Source: the human T2T-CHM13v2.0 reference genome, Homo sapiens
Assembly: GCF_009914755.1 (NCBI RefSeq)
Contig: NC_060944.1
Reading direction: 5' to 3' (one strand)
Length of the DNA stretch: 64,000 nt
Part shown: in pieces, positions 39,181 through 50,115 of the stretch
Numbering within the stretch: the stretch's first letter is position 1
How the letters are laid out: the number at the start of each line of letters is the position of its first letter
Made by a program: the position numbers and the translations under genes
The notes under the pieces: generated by a model
Database searches by the model: none
Told to the model about the DNA's origin: nothing
What the model saw: the letters and a program-made list of their open reading frames with translations, nothing else

Positions 39181-41040
39181 AATAATTGCTGTGGGCGGGG
39201 AGTGCCAGGGCTGGGCCATGGCCCCCTAGGCTCTCTGTGCACAGCCCCCCAGTAGGCCCGTGGGACTTGCAGGCTCTCAGCAAATCTCCCGTCAGAAGCT
39301 GGTGGCTGCAGGTTTGACACCCCGTCGTCCCATGGAGTTAGCGAGCACCCATTCTGCACCTGCTGTGTACGCGGCAGGATCCGGGAGGCAGTGCCAGCCC
39401 TCAGGGAGGACGGAAGGGTGGATGGATGCGTGGTGGCTGCTCCCGGCTGCAGGGAGCATACAGCACAGGCGGACTGGACACCAGCTGAATAGCCTGTCCT
39501 GCGCTGTGCTGGGGTGCAAGGGAATGAGCCACGTCAGCCCCGACCCAAGTGGAGCTGACCAGGGCTGCGTCCATGAAATGATGGAGGAGCCAGGTGTGGT
39601 CAGAATTTGCCAGGGAACAGTGACCCTCCAAGAGGGCCGCTCAGGGAAGCTTCATAGAGGAAGCAGCGCTTGGGCGAGGACTTGGGGTTGGGGGAGGGCC
39701 AGGAAGGGGAGCTGCGTCCTTCCAAGACAAGGGGGCTGGAGGGCTCGGTGGGAGCAGAGGCGGGGCCGCTCCATGAGCTACACAGCACCAAGTCTGCGCC
39801 TGGGTGGTCTCAGGTCCCAGAGCCTCCCTCTGGCAGGGCAGGCAATGAGGCAGGTGGCCCATCCGGGGATCACTGCCTGAGCAACCAGCAGGATTTGGTC
39901 TCCGGCCAGCAGCAGGGAGGAAGTTAACATAAATCCATTCCAATGCAAATGTCAAACCAACCGTGCGCAGGAAAACTTAGCAGCTCTGAATGTCAAGGAG
40001 GGAGTCCCGGCTCTAGCTGGTGGCGCGGCTTGGCTGAGCTGTTTCCTCCAGCTCCTGGGCTGTGGGAGGAGGCTGCTGGCGTGCGGCCACTGCCTGGCGC
40101 AGAGGGGCTGCCAGGACCTTTGAGAACTGAGGCACACCCGGGAGATGATCTGGGGACTCGTCGCTGGAGGGAAGGAGCCCCAGCAAACACAGCCCAGTCC
40201 AGGGACTCTTGTCTGCATAGCCTCTGAGACACGCGGGAGCTGGTGCGCCCAGGGGGCCTCCCCTTGAGACCAGGGCTGCTGATGACAGAGCCAGGATGCA
40301 GAGCAGAAGGCAAATCCTGCAGCGGCAGGATGGCATCTGAGCCAAGGCTGAGGAAGCAGCACCAGAATTCGCCATCAGGCCGGGAAAAGGCGGAGGCGCT
40401 GGTGGGCCTCAGTCCCCCGGACACCACCTGGCTGCATTATGAGAGATCTCCTGTTTGGACAGGGGAGGGTCTGGGGCCACCGCCTGGGTGTGGTGCCCGG
40501 GGTCCTGAGTCCAGGCGGGGGCTCCACCCTGAGGCGTGCGTGGGTGACGGGCTCCCAAGACATGACCACGCTGGGTGTGAAGACAAGGCCACGTGAGGCC
40601 GGAGGACAGTGCAGGCCAAACCGAGGCCAAGCGACCACTCCTCATGAGGCTGCAGGGACCAACCCGGCACGCAGAGAGGCACGAGGTGACATCCGAGGCA
40701 GGGAGCACATCCAGGGCCACGAAGGATGGCATTGCGGAGAGACCGGGCGCCGTGTGCTCTCCACCCTCAGAGCCACCCCCAGACCCTGCTCGCCCTTCAG
40801 TCCCCCTCCAGCAGGTGCGGCCTCACCTCTTTCCCTGCCCCCACTGCATGCAGCAGGTGCTCCATAGGTGCTCCTGCTCATGTGAGAGGCTGGTGCAGCT
40901 CCCTCTCTCTGCTGGCTGACGGCAGACCCAGGGGTCCCCGCCCAGGGTCACTCCAGGCAGGAGGCGACACTCGGCACAGTCCTTGTCTCCTGAGATGAAC
41001 TCTTGAGATGAACCATTTTCCTTTTAAATTGAAAAAGAAA

Positions 41041-41064
41041 TGAAGTGTTTTGCATTTTATTAAA
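41041..41064 (-). terminator. Candidate canonical poly(A) site (AATAAA with U-rich downstream element)
   Basis: Minus strand AATAAA (41061-41056), ATGCAAAACACTTCA, then TTTCTTTTTCAATTT. It sits in an AT-rich island within GC-rich DNA. Confidence 0.5.
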
Positions 41065-41511
41065 GCAGACACGGCTGCAGCCGGGTAGGGCTCCCAAGGA
41101 CTCAGCCAAGCTTGGGTGCTGGGACTTTCCGGTGGTCACTGTCAGAGAATCCCCAAGCCTGGGGACATGGCCCCGGCTGGAGGGAAGGAGGGGGAGCGGA
41201 TGGAAACAGAACCAACACCCGCAGGACGCAGCTCCAGGCAGGGGACGGGGGGCGGTGTAGGAGGCACTGGTTCAGGGTAACTGGGGGGCTCCAAGGAGGA
41301 GGCGGGGCTGGAGGTGGACTGGGAGGGGCCAGGAAGTTCAGGAAGGTTCTAGAAGAGAGTAGAGAGGGAAGAAGGCAGGTATGGGGATGGCATAGAGAGC
41401 CGCCCTCGGAGGGTCCCAGTGCTGCTGGGATTTTCCCGTGGGCCATGCAGACTTCAGGGCAAGGAGCACCACAGTTGGGGGGTCCGCGGGCAGCAGCCAT
41501 GAGGGAGGAGG

Positions 41512-41645
41512 CGGCCGGGGCTGCAGGAGGAGGTGCGGGCCCAGTGGAGGTGGAGGGGCTGCAGCAGGAGGTGCGGGCCCAGTGGAGGGGAGGGGCTGCA
41601 GGAGGAGGTGCGGGCCTGGCCGGGTGGAGGGGCTGCAGGAGGTCC
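41512..41645 (+). repeat. ~37-39 bp G-rich tandem repeat, ~3.5 copies
   Basis: GGGGCTGCAGGAGGAGGTGCGGGCC recurs. Confidence 0.8.
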
Positions 41646-42507
41646 TGGACAGACAAGCTCACAGGAGCAAGTGCGGAAGCCCAGCTCTGTACACACGGAA
41701 GAAGCTTCCGGTTAGAATCCTTAAACCGGCAGCTTGTGGGTTGGTCTGAGAAGATCCAGGTGCTTACAACTGGTGTGTGTCTTAGGGGCTCCTCCTCAGT
41801 GAACTCCTGTTCCGCCTTTGAGAGCACCTGGGTCTCTCAGTGGTGTGGACATCTGAGGTTGGTGGTTGGGGCAGGTGGGTGCTGGAAGGTGAGAGGTGCC
41901 TGTTGTCTGCCCCTCAGGGACCCCTGGTGACCTGGTGGTTCTGAGTCCTGCCAGGAGTGGGGACCGCGGGCGGCCAGACTCCGGGTTCTGCCCACAGACT
42001 GGCTATTTCCCTGGGCCCCCTTGTTCTACTTTTGGGCCTCAGTTTCCAATTCTTCAAACCAGCAGGTTGATGCTGTGGGCCCTTCCTACAGCACAGTGGT
42101 ACCGCCCCAGAGCCAGGGGAAGGAGGCGAGGAGGGTGTGGACCAGGCGCAGGGCTGTGTGGGGTCAGCTCCCGGGTGTGGAAGGTGATGGAGGGGGCAGA
42201 GAGTGAGGAGCAGGAGCTGACCGGGACAGGGGCTGGAGCGGGGCTGTGCTGGCATGTCCACACTGGACACAGGATGAGGCCATCTGGGAAGTGCCAGAAG
42301 GTGATTCCAAGACCTCCAGGCCATGAAGGATGAGGGAGCCCTGGAATCCCCGGCCCGGCGCCCAGGCCTCAGTCTGCTCAAAACTGACAAAGTTCTTATA
42401 GCTGCTAAGCCCAGTTTTGGGCCCCAAGGAGATGACCATGGGCTTGTCAAGGTCCCCTCTGCTGGCCAAGACCCAGCCCAGGAGGAAGAGGGCTCTGCCC
42501 TTGTCGT

Positions 42508-43260
42508 TTGTTTAAATTGTAAAATACACAGCATAAAATGTACCATCATCACCATTTAAAGCATGAAGTTCAGTGGTTTAAGTACAGCACATTCCCACTG
42601 TTGTGTGAACTTTGCCACTGTCCATCTCCAGGACTTTCATCTTCCCAAACTGAGACTCTGCCCTCATTAAACACTCACCCCCATTTCTCCTTCCCAGCCC
42701 CTGGCACCCACCTCCTACCATCCGTCTCTGAACCCGGCTACTCTAACACCTCCTAGAGGTGGAATCGTCCTACCATCCGTCTCTCTGAATCTGAATCCGG
42801 CTACTCTAATACATCCTACAGGTAGAATTGTACAGTGTTTGCCCTTTTGCGACCGGCTTATTTCACTTTGTAAAATGTCCTCAAGGTTGTCAGTGTTGTG
42901 GCCTGTGTCAGGATTTCTCTCCTCCTGAGGCTGAGTAAATTCCATGGCACAGATGGACCACGCTGGCTCATCCTCCTGGGCTGCCTCTGCCTCTCGTGAA
43001 TGACGCTGCTGCCTACCTGGGTGTGCACGTCTCGGCCAGACCCCGCGTTCAGGTGTTGGGGGCCTGTGCCCCGACGTGGGGTTGCTGGGTCGTCTGGTAA
43101 TTTTATGCGGAATGTTTGGAGGAGCCGCTGCCTGTGTGTTCTCTGCAGCGGCTGCGCCATGTCACCTCCCCATCAGCAGCGCTGGGCTCCCGCGTCTGCA
43201 CGCGCTCACCACGCTTGTTCCTGCCTTTCTTTCCACAGCTGTCCCATGGCCAGGTGTGTT
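42508..43260 (-). mobile_element. L1 3'-end fragment (L1MB/L1MA-type)
   Basis: TTTAAATTGTAAAATACACAGCATAAAATGTACCATC...CATCTTCCCAAACTGAGACTCTG...GGCTTATTTCACTT...GTTGCTGGGTCGTCTGGTAATT is the reverse of an L1 3' UTR/ORF2 end. Confidence 0.8.
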
Positions 43261-44029
43261 TGTTAAGTAGGACTCAGCCCTGCACCCAGAGCACCCTCCC
43301 TCAAGTGCTCATCCTGCCCCCCACCCCGTCTGGCGGCGGGCCCCCAGCTCCAGCCACGGTCTCCTCCCAGGCATCGGAACCTCCCGGAAGCCAGTTTGCC
43401 CTCCCAGTCCAAGTTAACGTGCCCCGGGAAGCCCATTCAGACCCAGAGCCAAAACTGGGTCACCATGGGATGCTGGGTGTGCATGGCGAGCTCCGGGTCC
43501 TCCCACAGCTCCAGTTCTGAGGGGCCCACACCAGCTGCCCTCTGCTCCTCCGTCAGGAATGGGCCCCGAAGCTAGCCAGGATGGTCAAGAGAGGTCTTCC
43601 AGAGCACCCTGCTGAGCAGTGCCAGGCTGGAGGGACGCTGGCTGGAGGGAGCCAGCCGGGCACCCACCCGCCACCTCGGGCTGATGGAGAGATGACCCGC
43701 CCTGGCCCTGTCCTCGTTGGCGATGGATGCCCCTAGGGACAGCGGCGTGAAGCTCTGCCCCACTGTGCCCTCCCCCAGTCACCATCCGTGCACAGCCCAG
43801 CAATGGCCCGGGGCAGCTGCCCTGGGGGGCCCCGCACGTCCCTAGCGCCCTCCTCCCAGCACAAGTGCCCCGAGTCTTGAGCAGGCGTTTCTGTTCGCCT
43901 GTCCCTCTCCGGAGCAGCAGGCGGTGACCTGTTGAATTCTGTAATTCCTGCGCTGGGTCTGGGCTTCAGGCTCCGTGAGCCCAGGCTCCTGTTGGACTCA
44001 GTCTGTGGGAGGTCTTGGGGCAAGCGCCT

Positions 44030-44076
44030 GTTTGGTGAATGATGAATGAGTGAATGAATGAGTGAATGAGTGAATT
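44030..44076 (+). repeat. (TGAA/TGAG)n tract, probable L2 3' tail
   Basis: TGTTTGGTGAATGATGAATGAGTGAATGAATG. Confidence 0.55.
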
Positions 44077-44640
44077 CGTGCAGCCACCTGCTGCAATGTC
44101 TCTGGGCCTGTTTTCAGGCCTGTCATAATCAGGGGCAGAGCCAATTCTGAGAATTTAGGTCACAATTCTAATCCCACGTGTCCTTGGGCCTCCAGGTGCT
44201 GGCCAACCCCTGCATACCAGGGGTGCTGGTGTCCAGGTGGCTGCTGTGGCCTCAGCAGAGGGCAGGCAAGGAGCGGGCCAGGGGGACTGGACAGCCCGAG
44301 GCCACCAGGCCAGGACAGAGTCCAGGCTACAGCCGACTGAAGCCATGGAACGGCCCCTCCCGGTTCGGCCCCACAGGAGCCCCCACCCAGGAGCCAGGAG
44401 CCAGGCCTAGAGAGCCTGGGATCTGTGTGCCTGTCCAGCTTCACCCGCCTTGCTCGCGGAAGGGCACACACAGAGGGACGGGGACTAACGCATGCACCTC
44501 CGTGGTGTGCCCAGAGCTGCGGCCGTGGCCTCCCTGTGGGGCAAAGCCAGGTTGTCTCAACTCAGCTGTAGGTTTAGCCGAGCAGTTCCCGCCCAGGGTG
44601 CAGGTCGGGTGGGCCTTTCAGGGCCTCGGCTGCCAGGTGT

Positions 44641-44915
44641 AGTGGGTGCCCACGGGGAGGAGTGGGTGCCCACAGGGAGGAGCGGGTGCCCACGGGGAGG
44701 AGCGGGTGCCCATGGGGTTCTCCTCTGGGTGAGCCCTGCAACCAGGCAGGCTTCCTAGGCTTGGCCACCAGCTGGGGGGTGTGGGGTCTGTCCCTGGAGG
44801 GGGCCGTGGGGTCCATCCCTGGAGGGGTGTGGGGTCCATCCTTGGAGGGGGCCGTGGGGTCTGTCCCTGGAGGGGGCTGTGGGGTCCGTCCCGAGAGGGG
44901 AGCGTGGGGTCCATC
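44641..44915 (+). repeat. Two adjacent short minisatellites (20-bp GAGTGGGTGCCCACGGGGAG; ~25-bp GGGGTCCATCCCTGGAGGGGGCCGT)
   Basis: Visible tandem copies at 44641-44712 and 44775-44915. Confidence 0.8.
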
Positions 44916-45859
44916 CCCAGTGAGACCCCTGCAGGCCCAGCTCATGGTGGGGCTCCGCACTCTCTGGCTGGCCCTGGACAGGGGACTCTTGAGTTCCCCT
45001 GGAGACCCTTTGGGCAGATGGGCCCCCCACCATGCTTCCCATCACCACGTTGACCATGGCCCCCTCTAGCCCTTCTCAGACCCTCACACGTGCCTCTGTC
45101 CCCGTGTCCCCTTCAGACTGGAGCATTCGGGGGCTCCTGCAAATGCCCCTTTGTGAGTGAACCCGCAGGTGTGGGGAAGCGCCCAGCAGCCCTCATGGAA
45201 CTCGGGATCACGGCAGGAAGGGGGCAACGTGGATGGACACCTGCACCCTGTGTGGGGGTATAAATCACCCTACAGGGCGCTCGTCACCTGGCCAGCCAGG
45301 TAGGATGTCAAGATCGCCACGGAGCCCCCCAGCTGAGGGCCTCAGCGAGCGTGGGGAACAGGAGGGCTTGTCCAGAGGCCAGAGATGAGCAGAGGAAGAT
45401 TTGGGCAGGGAGTGGGGGCAGGGAGACAGACAAGCAGACGGGGGCCAGGCCAACAACAGGAGGTACCCAAGTGGACACATGGTGACCGGCGATCCTGCCC
45501 GGGCGAGCTGATGGACCACAGGTGCCCCAGCGGCAGGCCCAGGCCCCAGCATCTTTCTGGGTGGCTGCAGGCCTCAGAGGGGAGGGAGAGCTCGGCGCCC
45601 CAAGAGAGAGCCCAGGGACCACAGCAGCCCCACAGCGGCCCCTCCTCTGGCCAGAGCCCTAGGACCCAGCCGCCCCTGCTCCTCACTCACTGTGGCCCCC
45701 AGCCCCACTGTTTCACAACACCCCAGCTCGTTCGTGCCCTGAGGAGAGGGACCATCCGTCCCCACACCCGGTCCACAGCACCGCACCCGACTCAGCCCCA
45801 GCATCGACCAGAAGTCCCCGGCCCTCAGACCGGCCGCCCAGAGACAGTGGGAGTGAGGA

Positions 45860-45897
45860 GGCCACACACCGTCCAGGTTGAATCACTGCGTTTTACT
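45860..45897 (-). terminator. Probable KCNQ2 long-3'UTR poly(A) site (variant hexamer AGTAAA)
   Basis: Minus strand AGTAAA at 45897-45892, with GU-rich GGTGTGTGG about 22 nt downstream. This agrees with my recollection of a ~6.4 kb KCNQ2 3' UTR. Confidence 0.55.
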
Positions 45898-47434
45898 GAG
45901 TGCACAGGTCCACCTGGCGTCCGAACTCGTCCCCGTGGCAGCAGGGATCCCCAGAACCTTCCACGGCCATCGCGGCCGCAGGACCCCACACCCGAAGTCC
46001 CCCGCAAACCCGCACTGGCGCATTCTTACGGCTCTGGCATCAACCTGTCCGTGTGAGTAAGTTAATATCTCAGCTAATCTGTTAGAAAACTAGAGTTCAT
46101 TCCCTGGGCGTCTATCCCTAGAAAATGGACGGTGCACAAAGTTGAGATTGAAGTGTGCGGGGTAACACATCCACCAAAAAAAGGCCTGGTCACTACGGCA
46201 CAAGGACACATACAAAATGGTCAGAAGTGTACGTCGGTACTGAAGGCATTATGAAATGTTCTTTGGAGCATGAACAAAAGTGCAGACAGCCAGAGGCAAC
46301 GGCGCAAATGGGGAAGCTGCAGCCACCGTCACGGCCAGAGGATGGCAGACTGCAATGGCGTGGGGCGCGGGCATGGCGGGCACACGTGGGCCGTGTGGAT
46401 CCCGGGCAGAGGGATGGCGTCCAGCGGGACCACCAGCTCTGGGCGCCTCAGTGCGAGACCCCTCCGTGAGACCCCTCCTGCCCTGCGCGTGTCTCTGGAG
46501 CCCGTCCCTTGGGCCCCTCGCCCGCCCCACCTGTTCGCAGGGTCCAGGGCGTCCGTACCTGGCACAGCCAGGGGGCATGGGGCGACCTCAGGGAGTTCCT
46601 GTCCACATGCATTAAGGCAACGACTTTGTAAAACCCAGGCGGAGTTGGCGTGTGGCGATGGCGATGTGCACGTGCCTGCCTGGTAGCCCCGGGGACCGGC
46701 CCCTCCTTGCTGGCGCCTGGCCGAGAGTCAGACGCTGAGGACCTCTCAGGACGGGGCCCCTGGCCAGAGCCAGTCTCCTCGGCCAGCCAGGGGCACCACG
46801 GCAAGTGTCCAAGCCCAGAGCACACTCAACTCCACCCCACAAACGCCTTTTAAAACTCTGAAGAGGCCCCTCCATCCCAAATGGTCCCCTCCCGTCTCTC
46901 CTCCTCCACCGTTGCCCACAACCTCCCCCGGCGATGTCACCTCCTCCCAGGGTCGGCCGTCAGCCCCCACCCTTACAAGACGGCAAAGTTCAGCAAACTG
47001 GAACCCCCATTCACTCATGCTCCCGGGTCATGGAAAGCTCCTGGGTGTGCAGCTTCTCTAGGTCTCCCGGAGGGACAGGAACCTGCGTATTCCCTCGACC
47101 CCGGAGTCCACCATCCCACATCCTTCAGGAAGCCGCCCTGGCTGTCTCTCCGGCTGCTTAGCGCTTTGCTGGGGCCGAGGTGGAGACTGCGCGCTGGGTG
47201 GGAATGCAGGATGGCTGCCCGGCACAGCCACACAGGCTCCCCAGGCGGCCATTCCGTCCTGCAGCCCCTAAAGGCCCTGACCAGGCCTCTTCACGCCACC
47301 CCCATGCCCTGGACATACGTGCATGTGACCTGGGAGTTCTGCATGGGTGTGGGGGTTGGGGGAGGCACCGGACAGGATCAGAGGACACTGGGGGCACCCG
47401 TGCACTGAGCACCCACCCCTCAGAGCTCAGCCCC

Positions 47435-47957
47435 CTGCTGGGCACCCTCCACAGCAGGTCCAAGCCTCGTGAGCTGTCCCTCTCACACCACGTCTGCTGG
47501 GCACCCTCCATGGCAGGTCCAAGCCTTGTGAACCGTCCCTCTCACACGTCTGCCGGGCACCCTCCACCAGGTCCAAGCCTCGTGAGCCATCCCTCTCATA
47601 CCACGTCTGCTGGGCACCCTCCACGGCAGGTCCAAGCCTCATGAGCCATCTCTCTCCCACCACATCTGCCGGGCACCCTCCATGGCAGGTCCAAGCCCTG
47701 TGAACCATCCCTCTCACACCACGTCTGCCGGGCACCCTCCATGGCAGGTCCAAGCCCTGTGAGCCGTCCCTCTCACACCACGTCTGCTGGGCACCCTCCA
47801 CCAGGTCCAAGTCTCGTGAGCCGTTCCTCTCACACCACGTCTGCTGGGCACCCTCCACAGCAGGTCCAAGCCTCGTGAGCCGTCCCTCTCACGCCACGTC
47901 TGCCGGGCACCCTCCACGGCAGGTCCGAGCTTTGTGAACCGTCCCTCTCACGTCTGC
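47435..47957 (+). repeat. 56-59 bp minisatellite, 9 copies (within the KCNQ2 3' UTR)
   Basis: The AGGTCC(A/G)AG anchor occurs nine times. Unit CTGCTGGGCACCCTCCATGGCAGGTCCAAGCCTCGTGAGCCGTCCCTCTCACACCACGT. Confidence 0.93.
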
Positions 47958-49052
47958 TTTGAGGGTTTGTGTCAATGGGGCTGTGCAGCATCAACCTGTG
48001 ATCTTGCCAATGCCCCAGCCTCTGCTCTGTACGGCATTCATAGCTCAGGAGGGCGGGGACAAGGGCGTTTCTGCAAAGCTCTCACAGCTCCTTCTGCTCC
48101 TCGGCTTCTGGGAAGCAACTAGAAATAGCTGAGAGCCCAGCTCTTTCTAGAGAGAAGGGGGTGTCCTTTATGGGGGTCCCTGACTGTGGGGGACCGAGCC
48201 CAGCTGGAGTCCTCCTCCCCTTCTCTCCGGCAGCAGGTCTCTCTGGCAGCAGGGTCTGGAATCTAGAAACACTGAGACCTCCAGCCCCGAAGGGGGCAAA
48301 CATTAAACCACACGCCCTGGCTGTGCCTCTCCTCCGGGCGGGACTTGGGGTGATCAGACCCACAGCTCAAAGGGTGCCCCCTGGAGAAGCCCTCACAGTG
48401 CCTGGGGTGATTTCAGCCTCCAAGGGGGGGCTTGAGACGAGGCCCCCCAAAAGGTAGGGGCATCGCTGAGGGGCAGCGTGTCCTCCGGTGGGGGGTGTTG
48501 GGCACCTGCCCTGCTCAGACGGCTGTGTGCAGGAGGCATGGGAGGAGCCCTCCCCCAGCGTGTCCCAGCCGTGGTGGCAGCTGGAAGACTCACGGACTGT
48601 GATTTTATGCAGAGGGAGAAGGAGAAGCTGGGCCAGGAAACCACAACAGGCAGCAGCACCTGCCTGGGCTGGGGCCTGGGATTCGAGGCTGAGCCACCCA
48701 TCCCAGGAGGGCCCAGCACCTCCAGGGCAGACCAAACACAGGACCCAACCGGACACCCATACAGACACCGGGGCACCTTGGCATCTGGTAGAGCCCCTCC
48801 TCTGGATGGCTGCCAGGCTGTGGGGGGGAAGGGCAGCACGAGACCCTGATTGGGCTCTGCCTGGCGCTCTGCCACTGCGGACCAGGAGCCCGGACAGTCG
48901 GATACCCCACGACGGCGCTTGACATTCCAGCATCACCACGACCCCTAAAGCCACAATTACTCCTTGTAGCCCCTCCCCAGGCAGCTTACACTCAGCAGGG
49001 TCAAAGAGAAAGACCAGAGACAGAAGGGCTCCAAGGCTGGAAGTGCGAGGAG

Positions 49053-49438
49053 TGTGCATGCACGCGTGTGTGTGTGCATGTGTGCAGTGTGCTCTGTGCA
49101 CTTGTGTGTGCTGTGTGGTCTGTGCACCTGTGTGCATGTGCTGTGTGGCCTATGCACTTTGTGTGTGCATGTGTTAGTGCTGTGTGTGGTCTGTGCACTT
49201 GTGTATGTGTATACTGTGTGTGAGCTACACGTGTGTGCATGTGTGTGATCTGTGCACGTGTACATGTAAGCGTGCATGTGTATGCCTGTATGCAGGCATG
49301 TGTATGCACGTATGTGTACTGTGCATGGTCTATACAGGTGTGGTCAGTGCACATGTGTGCTATGTGGTCTGTGTGCATGTGTGCAAGCGTGCATGTGTAC
49401 GCCTGTATGCGGACATGTATGTGAGCACGTGTGTGTGC
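49053..49438 (+). repeat. Degenerate (TG)-rich tract (CA-rich in the KCNQ2 mRNA)
   Basis: Alternating TG/CA low complexity. Confidence 0.9.
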
Positions 49439-49884
49439 CAGTGGGCACGTAGGGATGTGCACTCTAACAAACACTGCGGGAGCTCTTTGCCATGAGGTGG
49501 CACTGGTCCTTGGCCACGCTCATTCACGCAGACACCCGAGGCAGCGCCGCACCACCTCCAGCCTCCTTCCCGCTGCACTTCTCTGAGGTGGGGCAGTAGG
49601 TGGCTGCACTGCTCAGGCTAGAGTCTGGGGGGGCCCAAGACAGACCCTCTACCCCTTTGTCTCCCAAAACAGGGCCCCGCAACCATCCCAGGACGTGCAC
49701 CTTCCCTCTTCCCAGGGCCCAGAGACTTCCCAGGGGACACACCACACGTTCCTTGCTGGACATGAGTCTGGCCTCAGTCCCTCCTGCTGGGCGGCCAGCT
49801 TCTGGGAGGGAAGGGATTGGCCTGTCTTCCTCATCCTGCAGAGCCCCAACCTGTGCCCAGGTGCTCATGCCTCAGCGGCCCCAT

Positions 49885-50115
49885 GGGAGGAAAGAGCAGG
49901 CGGGGCCTCACCTCGGGGGAGGAAAGAGCAGGTGGGGCCATACTGGGAGGGAGGAAAGAGCAGGTGGGGTCACACCTCGGCAGGGGAGGAAAGAACAGGT
50001 GGGGCCACACCTTGGGGGGGGAGGAAAGAGCAGGTGGGGCCATACTGGTGGGGGAGGAAAGAGCAGGCGGGGCCACACCTGGCGGGGGAGGAAAGAGCAG
50101 GCGGGGTCACACCTG
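49885..50115 (+). repeat. ~33-bp minisatellite, 7 copies
   Basis: GGAGGAAAGAGCAGG(T/C)GGGG recurs seven times. Confidence 0.9.

Noticed and set aside
46050-46065. Overlapping + strand donors GTGAGTAAGT near the KCNQ2 poly(A) region
   Set aside because: No partner acceptor or transcript evidence; it could arise by chance.
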